Shown: in pieces, positions 44,322 to 52,585 of the stretch
Position numbering within the stretch: position 1 is the stretch's first letter
Layout: every line of letters starts with the position of its first letter
NCBI GenBank assembly: GCA_036824145.1
Contig: DAITAT010000003.1
Coordinates: 1 to 62,628, forward strand
Reading direction: 5' to 3'
Length of the DNA stretch: 62,628 nt
Source: Candidatus Dormiibacterota bacterium
GTDB taxonomy: Bacteria > Chloroflexota > Dormibacteria > DASZGP01
Translations under genes and position numbers: made by a program
The notes under the pieces: model-generated
Seen by the model: only the letters and a program-made list of their open reading frames with translations
Told to the model about the DNA's origin: nothing
Databases searched by the model: none

Positions 44322-45259
44322 CAAGCGCTGAGGCGATCGCCTGGCTGGCGAACCTCGGTGCGGTGAGGCGCGACCATCCGCTGGCGCCGCACACCACCTA
44401 TCGGATTGGCGGTCCTGCGGACTGGTACCTGGAGGCGTTCAACGGCCTCGAAATCCTGGCCGCGGGCTGCCGTGAGCGAGGCATTCCGCTGACTTTGCTG
44501 GGCAATGGCAGCAACCTGCTAATTGCCGATGAGGGCGTGGAAGGGCTGGTGGTACGACCGGTCGACACTTCGATCGAGGTGCGTGGCGATGTCATCGAGG
44601 CCGCCGCGGCGGCTCGGATGGTGAAGGTCGCTCAGGCGGCCGAGAAGGCGGGACTCACGGGCATGGAATGGGCTCTTGGCATTCCCGGCACCGTGGGCGG
44701 CTCGGTCCACAACAACGCCGGTTGCTTCGGGTCCGAGATCGCCTCCACGGTCTTCAAAGTGCATGGCGTCACTGGTGAGGGCGAGAAAACGCTGTGGACA
44801 ACGGAGCAATGCGCCTTCGCCTACCGGACTTCGGCGTTGCGCGCGGGCTCACTCGCCGGGGGCGTCGTCACCGCGGGCGAGTTTCAGCTCCGGGACGGGG
44901 ACCCCGCCGCCATCCGGTCGCAGATGGAGGAGGTCCAGCAGGCCCGCAAGGCTACCCAGCCGGTCACCGGACGCAGCACCGGCAGCGTTTTCAAGAACCC
45001 GCCAGGTGATTTTGCCGGGCGCCTTATCGAGGAGGCCGGCCTCAGAGGTCGCAAGATCGGGGGTGCCATGGTCAGCAACGAGCACGCCAACTTCATCATC
45101 AACGCCGGTGGCGCGAGGGCAGCAGAGGTGGCCGTCCTGGTGCGGCTGGTCCAGGCGGCGATCGAGGACCGATTCGGCATCCGTCTCGAGCCCGAGATCG
45201 AGGTCCTGGGCCGTTGGCCCGACGGCGTCCCCGAGGCGTTCCGGGTGGAAGCGGCGTGA
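44318..45259 (+). CDS. murB: UDP-N-acetylenolpyruvylglucosamine reductase
   Basis: TYRIGGPA, GNGSNLL, GIPGTVGG, FAYRTS, GSVFKNP, HANFIIN. Confidence 0.95.
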   Translation: MTSAEAIAWLANLGAVRRDHPLAPHTTYRIGGPADWYLEAFNGLEILAAGCRERGIPLTLLGNGSNLLIADEGVEGLVVRPVDTSIEVRGDVIEAAAAARMVKVAQAAEKAGLTGMEWALGIPGTVGGSVHNNAGCFGSEIASTVFKVHGVTGEGEKTLWTTEQCAFAYRTSALRAGSLAGGVVTAGEFQLRDGDPAAIRSQMEEVQQARKATQPVTGRSTGSVFKNPPGDFAGRLIEEAGLRGRKIGGAMVSNEHANFIINAGGARAAEVAVLVRLVQAAIEDRFGIRLEPEIEVLGRWPDGVPEAFRVEAA

Positions 45260-46185
45260 AAATCGCCGTCCTCAGCGGTGGTGTCAGCGGCGAGCGCGAG
45301 ATCTCGCTGCTCTCCGGGCGCTACGTGCTCAAGACGCTGCTCGAGCTGGGTCACGACGCCCGGCTTGTCGATTTCGGCCCCCGCGCCTCGGAGGAGCTCC
45401 ATGTTCTCGCGCCGGAGCTCGTCTTTCCGACCCTCCATGGGCCGCTCGGAGAGGACGGCACCGCCGCCGCCGTGCTGGAGCTGCTGGGCATGCCCTACGT
45501 CGGCTCGGGCGTGCTGGCGGGGGCGCTGGCGATGAACAAGGCCGCCGCCAAGCGGGTGATGATCGCCGAGGGCCTGCCCACCCCGCCCTTCGAGCTGATC
45601 TCCAGCCTCGCCGACCCCAGGGCGCAGGCCGGGGAATTGGTCGGCCGCCTGGGTCTGCCGCTGGCGATCAAGCCCAACTCTGGCGGCTCCAGCCTCGGTT
45701 TTACACTCGCCGGCGACGAGGACGCCGTCCTCGACGGCATCGAGGCTGCGCTGGCGGCTTCGGGTCCCGATCGCACCGCGCTGGTCGAGGTGGCCAAGAC
45801 CGGCGTCGAGGTCACCATCGGGGTGCTCGGGGTGGAGCGACCGGAAGCCCTGCCGACGCTCGAGATCACGTGGCGCGACGGCGATTACGACTTCGAGGCC
45901 AAGTACACCGCCGGGCTCAGCCATCACATCATCCCGGCGCGCATCCCCGAGGAGCAGCAGCGCCAGGTCGCCGAGTTGGCGGTGCGGGCGCACAACCTGA
46001 TCGGCGCTCGTGGCCTATCTCGGGTCGATACCATCTGCGAACCGACGGGGGCGATTTGGATCCTCGAGGTCAACACCATGCCGGGTCTGACCGAACTCAG
46101 CCTCTTCCCCGACGCAGCCCGCGCCGCCGGCCTCGAGTTCCCTGCCCTGATCAGAGGCTTGATCGACGACGCCACCCCGCGGTGA
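45256..46185 (+). CDS. ddl: D-alanine--D-alanine ligase
   Basis: GGVSGEREIS, LHGPLGEDG, MNKAAAK, KPNSGGSS, YDFEAKY, EVNTMPGLT. Confidence 0.95.
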   Translation: MKIAVLSGGVSGEREISLLSGRYVLKTLLELGHDARLVDFGPRASEELHVLAPELVFPTLHGPLGEDGTAAAVLELLGMPYVGSGVLAGALAMNKAAAKRVMIAEGLPTPPFELISSLADPRAQAGELVGRLGLPLAIKPNSGGSSLGFTLAGDEDAVLDGIEAALAASGPDRTALVEVAKTGVEVTIGVLGVERPEALPTLEITWRDGDYDFEAKYTAGLSHHIIPARIPEEQQRQVAELAVRAHNLIGARGLSRVDTICEPTGAIWILEVNTMPGLTELSLFPDAARAAGLEFPALIRGLIDDATPR

Positions 46186-47117
46186 GCCGAAACCGCGGCC
46201 GCCGCCCCCTGCGCGACCTGCACCCGCGGATATCCCGCCGCCGGGGCACCTCGGTGCGCCTGCGACGCCGGACTCGGGCGGCCACGGAACCTGCCCGGCG
46301 CAGCTCCGACCGCAACCTCGGAGGGCTGGTCCGTCCCGCCACCCGGCTCCTGGTCCTGGTCGCGCAGCTGGCCTTGTTGGTGGCCCTGATCAAGAGCCCT
46401 GTCCTGGCCGCCCACCAGGTGCTGATCACGGGCAACCGGCAGCTGTCGCGCCAGCAGGTCCTGGCCCGCGCCGGGCTCCGCGGCGACCCGTCGATGCTAC
46501 TTCTCTCCACCGACCAGGCCGTGGCCCAGCTGAAGTTGAACGCGTACGTGCGCTCGGTCTCGATCAGAACCACACTGCCCGACCAGGTAGAGGTCGAGCT
46601 GCTGGAGTGGGAGCCGCTGGCAGTCGTTGGGCGCGGCGGCGGTTTCTACCTTCTGAACGCCCAGGGTGGGATCCTCGGCACCGCCCTCGACGCCCGCACC
46701 GGGATTGGGGCGGGGCAGCCCCACGTCGCCATCACCTGGGCCGCCCCGGGTCTGATGCGCTTGGGCCAGACCGCCCTCCCCGGACGGCTGCTCCAGGACC
46801 TCGACAAGATGTCGAGCGCCTTCCCGACGGCATACGGCCTGACGATCTCTGGTTTCGCGCTGGACGCCAACCAGAAACTCACCGCGAATACGACCGCCGG
46901 GCCACGTATCCTCTTTGGCCAGATGGCAACCGATGAGCAGATCGACAGCCTCGATGCCAAGTTGGGGGCGCTCAGGTCGCTTCGGGCCAAGATCGACCTG
47001 GCCGACTCCAAGCTGGACTACGTCGACCTGGAAAACCCCGCGGCTGTGACCACACGGGCGATTCCCAGCCCCACGCCCAGCGTTGCCCCATCGCCATCTC
47101 CGACGAAGAAACCTTAG
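46182..47117 (+). CDS. ftsQ: FtsQ/DivIB family cell division protein
   Basis: TM then POTRA-like (ITGNRQLS..PDQVEV), C-terminal YVDL; dcw position; GTGA overlap. Confidence 0.85.
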   Translation: MSRNRGRRPLRDLHPRISRRRGTSVRLRRRTRAATEPARRSSDRNLGGLVRPATRLLVLVAQLALLVALIKSPVLAAHQVLITGNRQLSRQQVLARAGLRGDPSMLLLSTDQAVAQLKLNAYVRSVSIRTTLPDQVEVELLEWEPLAVVGRGGGFYLLNAQGGILGTALDARTGIGAGQPHVAITWAAPGLMRLGQTALPGRLLQDLDKMSSAFPTAYGLTISGFALDANQKLTANTTAGPRILFGQMATDEQIDSLDAKLGALRSLRAKIDLADSKLDYVDLENPAAVTTRAIPSPTPSVAPSPSPTKKP

Positions 47118-47130
47118 TGAGCTCCCTCAC

Positions 47131-47463
47131 TTGATCCAGGTCCTCTTCGTTCTGCTGGCCGCGGTCCTGGGGGTGATCGTGGGCATCAAGACCAACGTGG
47201 AGATCCCGGTCACCTACTCGCGTTATACCGCCGTGATGCTGCTGGCGGCGTTGGATTCGATTTTCGGCGCCCTCAAGGCATCCCTGAACGGACGCTATGA
47301 GAACGCCGTCTTTCTCTCGGGGTTGATCACCAACTCGGCGGTGGCCGGGGCGCTCACGTTCCTCGGAGACAAACTCGGCGTCGAGCTCTATTTCGCCGCC
47401 ATCTTTGCCTTCGGCGTGCGGATTTTCCAGAACATCGCTGTGATCCGCAGGCAGCTCCTTTAA
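47131..47463 (+). CDS. sbp: Small basic protein (Sbp/DUF1290)
   Basis: YSRYTAVMLLAALDSIFG, LGDKLGVELY, FGVRIFQN. Confidence 0.88.
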   Translation: MIQVLFVLLAAVLGVIVGIKTNVEIPVTYSRYTAVMLLAALDSIFGALKASLNGRYENAVFLSGLITNSAVAGALTFLGDKLGVELYFAAIFAFGVRIFQNIAVIRRQLL

Positions 47464-47486
47464 TGGTGTGCCTTCTGGTGGCCCCA

Positions 47487-47492
47487 TAGAAT
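47487..47492 (+). promoter_or_regulatory. Internal -10 (TAGAAT) upstream of ftsA
   Basis: TAGAAT inside CCCAT-AGA-ATGGG palindrome, 27 nt before the ftsA GTG. Confidence 0.5.
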
Positions 47493-47518
47493 GGGCGCGA
47501 CGGTGAGGGTGAAACAGC

Positions 47519-48760
47519 GTGGCTAAGAACGGCCGGATCGTCGGCCTGGATATCGGCAGCACCAAGGTTTGCTGCGTCATCGCCACACCCTCGGAGAGCG
47601 GCGAGGGCGACCTCGTCATCTCGGGCGTGGGCGAGGCCCCCTCCGAGGGGCTCCGCAAGGGCGTCATCGTCAACCTCGAGAAGACGGTCAAGGCGATCGA
47701 GACCGCAGTTCGCGCCGCCGAGCGGATGTCCGGGCACCGGGTCGACGCCGTTTTCGCAGGGCTGGCCGGCACGCACATGAAGTCCAACAACAGTCGCGGC
47801 GTGGTGGCGGTGGCCGGGGGCGACCGCGAGATCACCCAGCGCGATGTCGACCGCGTCATCGAGGCCGCCCGCAGCGTCGCCATCCCCAACGACTACGAGG
47901 TCATCCACGTCATGCCCCGCGGCTTCGTCGTCGACGGTCAGGAAGGCGTCCGCGACGCCGTCGGCATGTCGGGGGCGCGGCTCGAGGTCGAGACCCACAT
48001 CATTTCCGGCTCCACCACCGCGGTCCAGAACGTGGTCAAGTCGGTGCATTCGGCAGGCTTCAACGTCGAGGACCTGGTGATCCAGTCGCTGGCCAGCGCC
48101 GAGGCGGTTCTCAACTACAACGAGATCGAGATGGGCGTCGCCGTGGCCGACATCGGCGGCGGCACCACCGACCTTGCCGTTTTCTCGGACGGCAGCGTCA
48201 TCTATACCGCGGTGTTGCCCGTGGGTGGCAACCACGTCACCAACGACCTCGCCATCGGGCTGCGCACAAGCCTCACCGACGCCGAGTCGGCCAAGATCAA
48301 CTATGGTCACTCGCTGCCGCAGCTAATCCCGCGGGACGAGATCATCGACATCCAGCCGATCGGCGCCGAAAAGGTCCAGGGAGTGCCGCGTGTGTATGTC
48401 GCAGAGATCATCGAGCCGCGTGCCCGCGAGATCCTGGAAATGATCAAGGCAGAGATCGAGCGCAGCGGCCAGGCGGGGCTCCTTCCCGGCGGCCTCGTCC
48501 TCACCGGTGGTGGCGCCAAGCTCCTCGGGCTGCCGGAGATGGCGGCCGAGACCCTCGACCTCCCGGTGCGGGTTGGGGTTCCCATCAATGTGCGCGGAAT
48601 GGCCGACAAGGTGGCGGGCCCCTCTTTCGCGACCGCGGTGGGGCTGATAAAGTGGGGCGCGAAGCTCACGGCGCCGGCCCATGCATCTAACGGGGCAGCT
48701 GCAGTAAGCCTGCAGGATGCATACCAGAAGACCTTGAGATGGTTACGTGACTTTTTCTGA
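47519..48760 (+). CDS. ftsA: Cell division protein FtsA
   Basis: GLDIGSTKV, GLRKGVIVN, DIGGGTT, GGNHVTND, LTGGGA, C-terminal amphipathic LRWLRDFF. Confidence 0.96.
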   Translation: MAKNGRIVGLDIGSTKVCCVIATPSESGEGDLVISGVGEAPSEGLRKGVIVNLEKTVKAIETAVRAAERMSGHRVDAVFAGLAGTHMKSNNSRGVVAVAGGDREITQRDVDRVIEAARSVAIPNDYEVIHVMPRGFVVDGQEGVRDAVGMSGARLEVETHIISGSTTAVQNVVKSVHSAGFNVEDLVIQSLASAEAVLNYNEIEMGVAVADIGGGTTDLAVFSDGSVIYTAVLPVGGNHVTNDLAIGLRTSLTDAESAKINYGHSLPQLIPRDEIIDIQPIGAEKVQGVPRVYVAEIIEPRAREILEMIKAEIERSGQAGLLPGGLVLTGGGAKLLGLPEMAAETLDLPVRVGVPINVRGMADKVAGPSFATAVGLIKWGAKLTAPAHASNGAAAVSLQDAYQKTLRWLRDFF

Positions 48761-48947
48761 TTTCGACAAGCAGATGAGGCTCCGAGGATTGGGAGGCCAG
48801 GACCAGTCCGCAAGCGATCCGGATGCGGGGGACACAGCCCCGCCCGCTGTTGATCTGGATACGGCTGACACCGCAGAGACGGGGCAGCCAGCGAAACGAC
48901 CGCAGTCGGCAGGGACGTCGGACTACGGTTCGGGCAAGGAGGACCCA

Positions 48948-50054
48948 ATGGCTAGGGAAATAGACAGGACCATCGACGGCAGCGCCAAGATCAAGGTCGT
49001 CGGTATAGGCGGTGCGGGAGGCAACGCCGTCAACCGGATGATCCGGTCCAAACTTCGTGGCGTCGAGTTCGTCGCCGTCAACACCGACTTGCAGGCCCTC
49101 CACGGTTCCGAGGCGCACGTCAAGCTCAACATCGGCAAGAAGCTGACCCGCGGCCTGGGCTCGGGTGGCGATCCCAACAAGGGCCAGGAGGCCGCCGAGG
49201 AATCGCGTCAGGAGCTCACCGAGCTGGTCAAGGACTGCGACATGGTCTTCATCACCGCCGGCTTGGGCGGCGGCACCGGCACCGGGGCGGCCCCGGTGGT
49301 GGCCGAGATCGCCCGCCAGGCTGGCGCGCTGACAATCGGCGTCGTCACCAAACCCTTCGCATTTGAGGGTGCCCGCCGCAAGCAGGTCGCCGAGGATGGG
49401 CTGCAGAGCCTTCACGACAAGGTCGACACCCTGATCGTCGTTCCCAACCAGCGCCTGCTTGAGGTGGTCGACAAGAAGACCCCGCTGGCCGACTCGTTCA
49501 AGATCGCCGACGACGTCCTTCGCCAGGGCGTCCAGGGCATCTCCGACCTGATCGTCTTCCCGGGCCTGATCAACCTCGACTTTGCCGACGTCAAGACGAT
49601 CATGGCCGGCCAGGGCGCGGCCCTCATGGGCATCGGCTTCGGCAGTGGCGACACCCGTGCCGCCGACGCCGCCAAGAACGCCATCTCCAGCCCGCTGCTG
49701 GAGACCACCATCGACGGCGCCCGCGGCATCCTCCTCAACATCACCGGTGGTCCCGATCTCACCCTGGTCGAGGTCAACGAGGCCGCCAACCTGGTCCGCG
49801 AGGCCGCCAACGCCCACGACGACAACCTCATCTTCGGCACCGTCATCGACGAGCGCCTACAGGGCGAGGTCAAGGTCACGGTGGTGGCGACAGGCTTCAC
49901 CAGCGAGCGGGTCGGCCAGATGGACGCCTTCGAAGCGTCCGACAGCGCACGCGCTTACGCCCCCGCGACGAGGGAGAAGGAGGGCGTCCCGGCCACCCCG
50001 ACGTTCGACAGCGAAGACCTCGACATCCCCGCTTTCCTGCGCAACCGCCGGTAG
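48948..50054 (+). CDS. ftsZ: Cell division protein FtsZ
   Basis: [37 protein letters not shown]-terminal LDIPAFLR; AAGGAGG RBS. Confidence 0.98.
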   Translation: MAREIDRTIDGSAKIKVVGIGGAGGNAVNRMIRSKLRGVEFVAVNTDLQALHGSEAHVKLNIGKKLTRGLGSGGDPNKGQEAAEESRQELTELVKDCDMVFITAGLGGGTGTGAAPVVAEIARQAGALTIGVVTKPFAFEGARRKQVAEDGLQSLHDKVDTLIVVPNQRLLEVVDKKTPLADSFKIADDVLRQGVQGISDLIVFPGLINLDFADVKTIMAGQGAALMGIGFGSGDTRAADAAKNAISSPLLETTIDGARGILLNITGGPDLTLVEVNEAANLVREAANAHDDNLIFGTVIDERLQGEVKVTVVATGFTSERVGQMDAFEASDSARAYAPATREKEGVPATPTFDSEDLDIPAFLRNRR

Positions 50055-50242
50055 CGCAACTGTCTCAAAGGGTCGATTGACAGCCCGGAGCTCCGAAGGC
50101 GGTTCTAAAGGCGACAAGATCCGCGCTCAGCTCCGGGTATTCGCGTGGGGATCGGAGCGGTCTGACCTCGTTCGCTCGTAGCTGGGCGCGGCCACCGCTG
50201 CCTTGAGAACCATACTCGCAGCTCCTACCTAACCGTCAGCAT

Positions 50243-50289
50243 TTACAACAATTAGTGCTACGATCCGGCCGGAGCACAACATGTTGTCC
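50243..50289 (+). promoter_or_regulatory. nrdR promoter flanked by two NrdR boxes
   Basis: TTACAACAATTAGTGC (50243) and GCACAACATGTTGTCC (50274), 31 bp apart, around extended -10 TGcTACGAT (50256-50264). Confidence 0.75.
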
Positions 50290-50312
50290 TTTTCCCCTGG
50301 AGCGAGTCTGCC

Positions 50313-50777
50313 TTGAGGTGCCCATATTGTGGTCACGAAGAGCTCAAGGTTGTCGACTCACGCGATTCCGACACCGGTGAGGCGATCCGGCGCCGCCGCC
50401 AATGCCTGGAGTGCAATAAGCGCTTCACCACCTACGAGCGGGTCGAGAACATCCCCTTCTACGTTATCAAGAAGGACGGCCGCCGCGAGGACTTCAACCG
50501 CCAGAAGCTCTTCGACGGCCTGATGACGGCCTGCGAGAAACGCGACATCTCACCCAACACCATCGAGGCCGCGATCGATGAGATCGAGTCCGAGCTGCGG
50601 TCGACTGGCAAGATGGAGATCCCGTCCCGAGAGATCGGCGAGCTGGTGATGGCGAAGCTGCGCAAGCTCGACGACGTCGCTTACGTCCGCTTCGCCTCGG
50701 TCTATCGCCAGTTCCGCGACCTCACAGAGGTCAAACGCGAGATCGACCAACTGCTCAGCAAGCAGGGCATCAAGTAG
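50313..50777 (+). CDS. nrdR: Transcriptional repressor NrdR
   Basis: [31 protein letters not shown] cone, YVRFASVY. Confidence 0.97.
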   Translation: MRCPYCGHEELKVVDSRDSDTGEAIRRRRQCLECNKRFTTYERVENIPFYVIKKDGRREDFNRQKLFDGLMTACEKRDISPNTIEAAIDEIESELRSTGKMEIPSREIGELVMAKLRKLDDVAYVRFASVYRQFRDLTEVKREIDQLLSKQGIK

Positions 50778-50815
50778 GGGCGCGCCGTCAAGCGGCTGGC
50801 GCGACAATTGAGGCC

Positions 50816-51598
50816 GTGAGCGCGCCTTCCCCGGCCCCCATTGTCCTCCGCAGCGAGATGCTGACCGACGCCGGCCTCAAGCACGGCTTCACCACCCTCG
50901 CCGCCGGCGACTTCGCCTGGGCGACGCTGCAGACGCCCGAGGGTCAGCGAAGCCTGGAGGCGCTGGGGCACGAGATCGGCTTCGACCCGCATTTGATGGT
51001 TACCGCCGACCAGGTCCACGGATCCACCGTCGCGGTGGTCCACCGGTGCGAGAACTGCGCGCCCGGCAACCGGGTGCCGCACACCGATGGGCTCATCACC
51101 GAAGAGCCCTGGCCGCTCCTGATCGCCGTCGCCGACTGCTTCCCGGTGGTGGTCTACGAGCCGCACGAGAAGATGGTGGCGATCGTTCACTGCGGCTGGC
51201 GTGGCACCGTGGCCGGCATCCTGCCGCGGGCGGTCGCCCGGCTGATCCGCGAGACGGGCGGGCGTGCCAGCGAACTGCGCGCGGTCATCGGACCCGGGAT
51301 CTGTGGCGACTGCTACGAGGTCGGCGACGACGTCGTCCAGGCCGCTTTCCAGGCTGGTCTAGGGAGCCACGTCTCGGCCGACGCCGCCCTCGGCCGGACG
51401 CGATTCGACATCGCCGGCGCCCTCCGTCAGCAGCTCATCGAAGGGCGCGTCGGCCACGATCACATCGACCGCGTCCAGCGCTGCACATTCGAGGACCCGG
51501 CGATGGCCTCATTCCGGCGCGACGGCACCACGACCCGGTCGGCGGCGGTGGTGGTCGTGGACCAGCCGCTGGTTGTCGACCCCGCCCATCACCACTGA
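50816..51598 (+). CDS. pgeF: PgeF/YfiH (purine nucleoside phosphorylase, laccase-domain) family
   Basis: HGFTT, QVHG, DGLIT, ADC, HCGWRG, GPGI. Confidence 0.9.
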   Translation: MSAPSPAPIVLRSEMLTDAGLKHGFTTLAAGDFAWATLQTPEGQRSLEALGHEIGFDPHLMVTADQVHGSTVAVVHRCENCAPGNRVPHTDGLITEEPWPLLIAVADCFPVVVYEPHEKMVAIVHCGWRGTVAGILPRAVARLIRETGGRASELRAVIGPGICGDCYEVGDDVVQAAFQAGLGSHVSADAALGRTRFDIAGALRQQLIEGRVGHDHIDRVQRCTFEDPAMASFRRDGTTTRSAAVVVVDQPLVVDPAHHH

Positions 51599-52283
51599 GG
51601 CCTCCGCCCTGCTGGTCCGCGTTCGCGATCGAATCGCGGACGCTTGCCGGAGCGCCGGTCGGGACCCCGGGTCGGTCCAACTCGTGGCCGTCAGCAAGGA
51701 CACCGACGTCGCCGGCGTCGCGGGTCTCGCCGACGCCGGGCAGCGGCTGTTCGGCGAGAACCGAATGCAGAAGGCGCTGCCCAAAATCGAGGCGCTGGCG
51801 TCGCGCGGGCTTGAGTGGCACCTCGTCGGCCACGTGCAATCCAACAAGGCGCGCCTCGCCGCCGAGACCTTCGCGATGGTGGAGTCAGTAGACAGCCTGG
51901 CCCTGGCCGAGACGCTCTCGCGTCGAGCCCAGGAAGCCAGCAAGGTGCTCCCCGTGCTGCTCCAGGTCAATGTCGATGGCGACCCTGCCAAGCACGGCTT
52001 TTACACAGGCCAAATTGGGGCCGATTACGCTGCCGTTTCGGGCCTGCCCGGCGTGCAAGTCGAGGGCCTGATGACGATCGGGGCGTTGGCCGGCAGCCCG
52101 GAGGCCGCCCGCCCCACCTTTGCCGCCCTCAGGGACCTCCGAGATCGGCTCGATGCCCTCGGCGTGGCCCCACCGCTGAGGCATCTGTCGATGGGGATGT
52201 CGGCCGATTACGGGGTGGCGATTTTGGAAGGCGCTACCATCGTCCGCGTGGGAAGCGCCCTTTTTGAGCACGATTTGAGATGA
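51573..52283 (+). CDS. yggS: PLP-homeostasis protein YggS
   Basis: LVAVSK, FGENR, WHLVGHVQSNK, KHG, GLMTI, LSMGMSADY, EGATIVRVG. Confidence 0.94.
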   Translation: MSTPPITTEASALLVRVRDRIADACRSAGRDPGSVQLVAVSKDTDVAGVAGLADAGQRLFGENRMQKALPKIEALASRGLEWHLVGHVQSNKARLAAETFAMVESVDSLALAETLSRRAQEASKVLPVLLQVNVDGDPAKHGFYTGQIGADYAAVSGLPGVQVEGLMTIGALAGSPEAARPTFAALRDLRDRLDALGVAPPLRHLSMGMSADYGVAILEGATIVRVGSALFEHDLR

Positions 52284-52540
52284 GTTTGGAGCTCGTGCGC
52301 CTGATCGGTGCGGTGATCCAAGTCTTCACGTTCCTGATCATCGCCCGCGCTATCGGCTCGTTTTTCATTCGCGACTGGAGCTCCGGCATCCCGCGCTTTC
52401 TGTGGGACGTCACCGAGCCGGTGCTGGCGCCGGTGCGGCGGATCCTGCCGGCCTTTGGCGGAATCGACTTCTCGCCGCTGGTGGTGATCCTGGCCCTGAG
52501 CTTCCTCAGTAATTACGTCCTCCGCGTCGCCGTCGGATAG
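52280..52540 (+). CDS. yggT: YggT family membrane protein
   Basis: VTEPVLAPVRRILP..IDFSPL. Confidence 0.92.
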   Translation: MSLELVRLIGAVIQVFTFLIIARAIGSFFIRDWSSGIPRFLWDVTEPVLAPVRRILPAFGGIDFSPLVVILALSFLSNYVLRVAVG

Positions 52541-52585
52541 AGGGCTTTCCCCAGCTTTTCCACCGCTGCGTAAGATCCTCAGGAC

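Noticed and set aside
45256-46185. Van-type D-Ala-D-Lac ligase
   Set aside because: Omega loop reads YDFEAKY with terminal Tyr, typical of D-Ala-D-Ala ligases, and no vanH/vanX is present
50055-50215. SRP RNA or tmRNA
   Set aside because: No GGAAGCAGC domain IV motif and no tRNA-like ends or tag frame on either strand
52541-52585. T-box leader for ileS
   Set aside because: Gap is only 45 nt, with no AGGGTGGNACCGCG T-box or terminator
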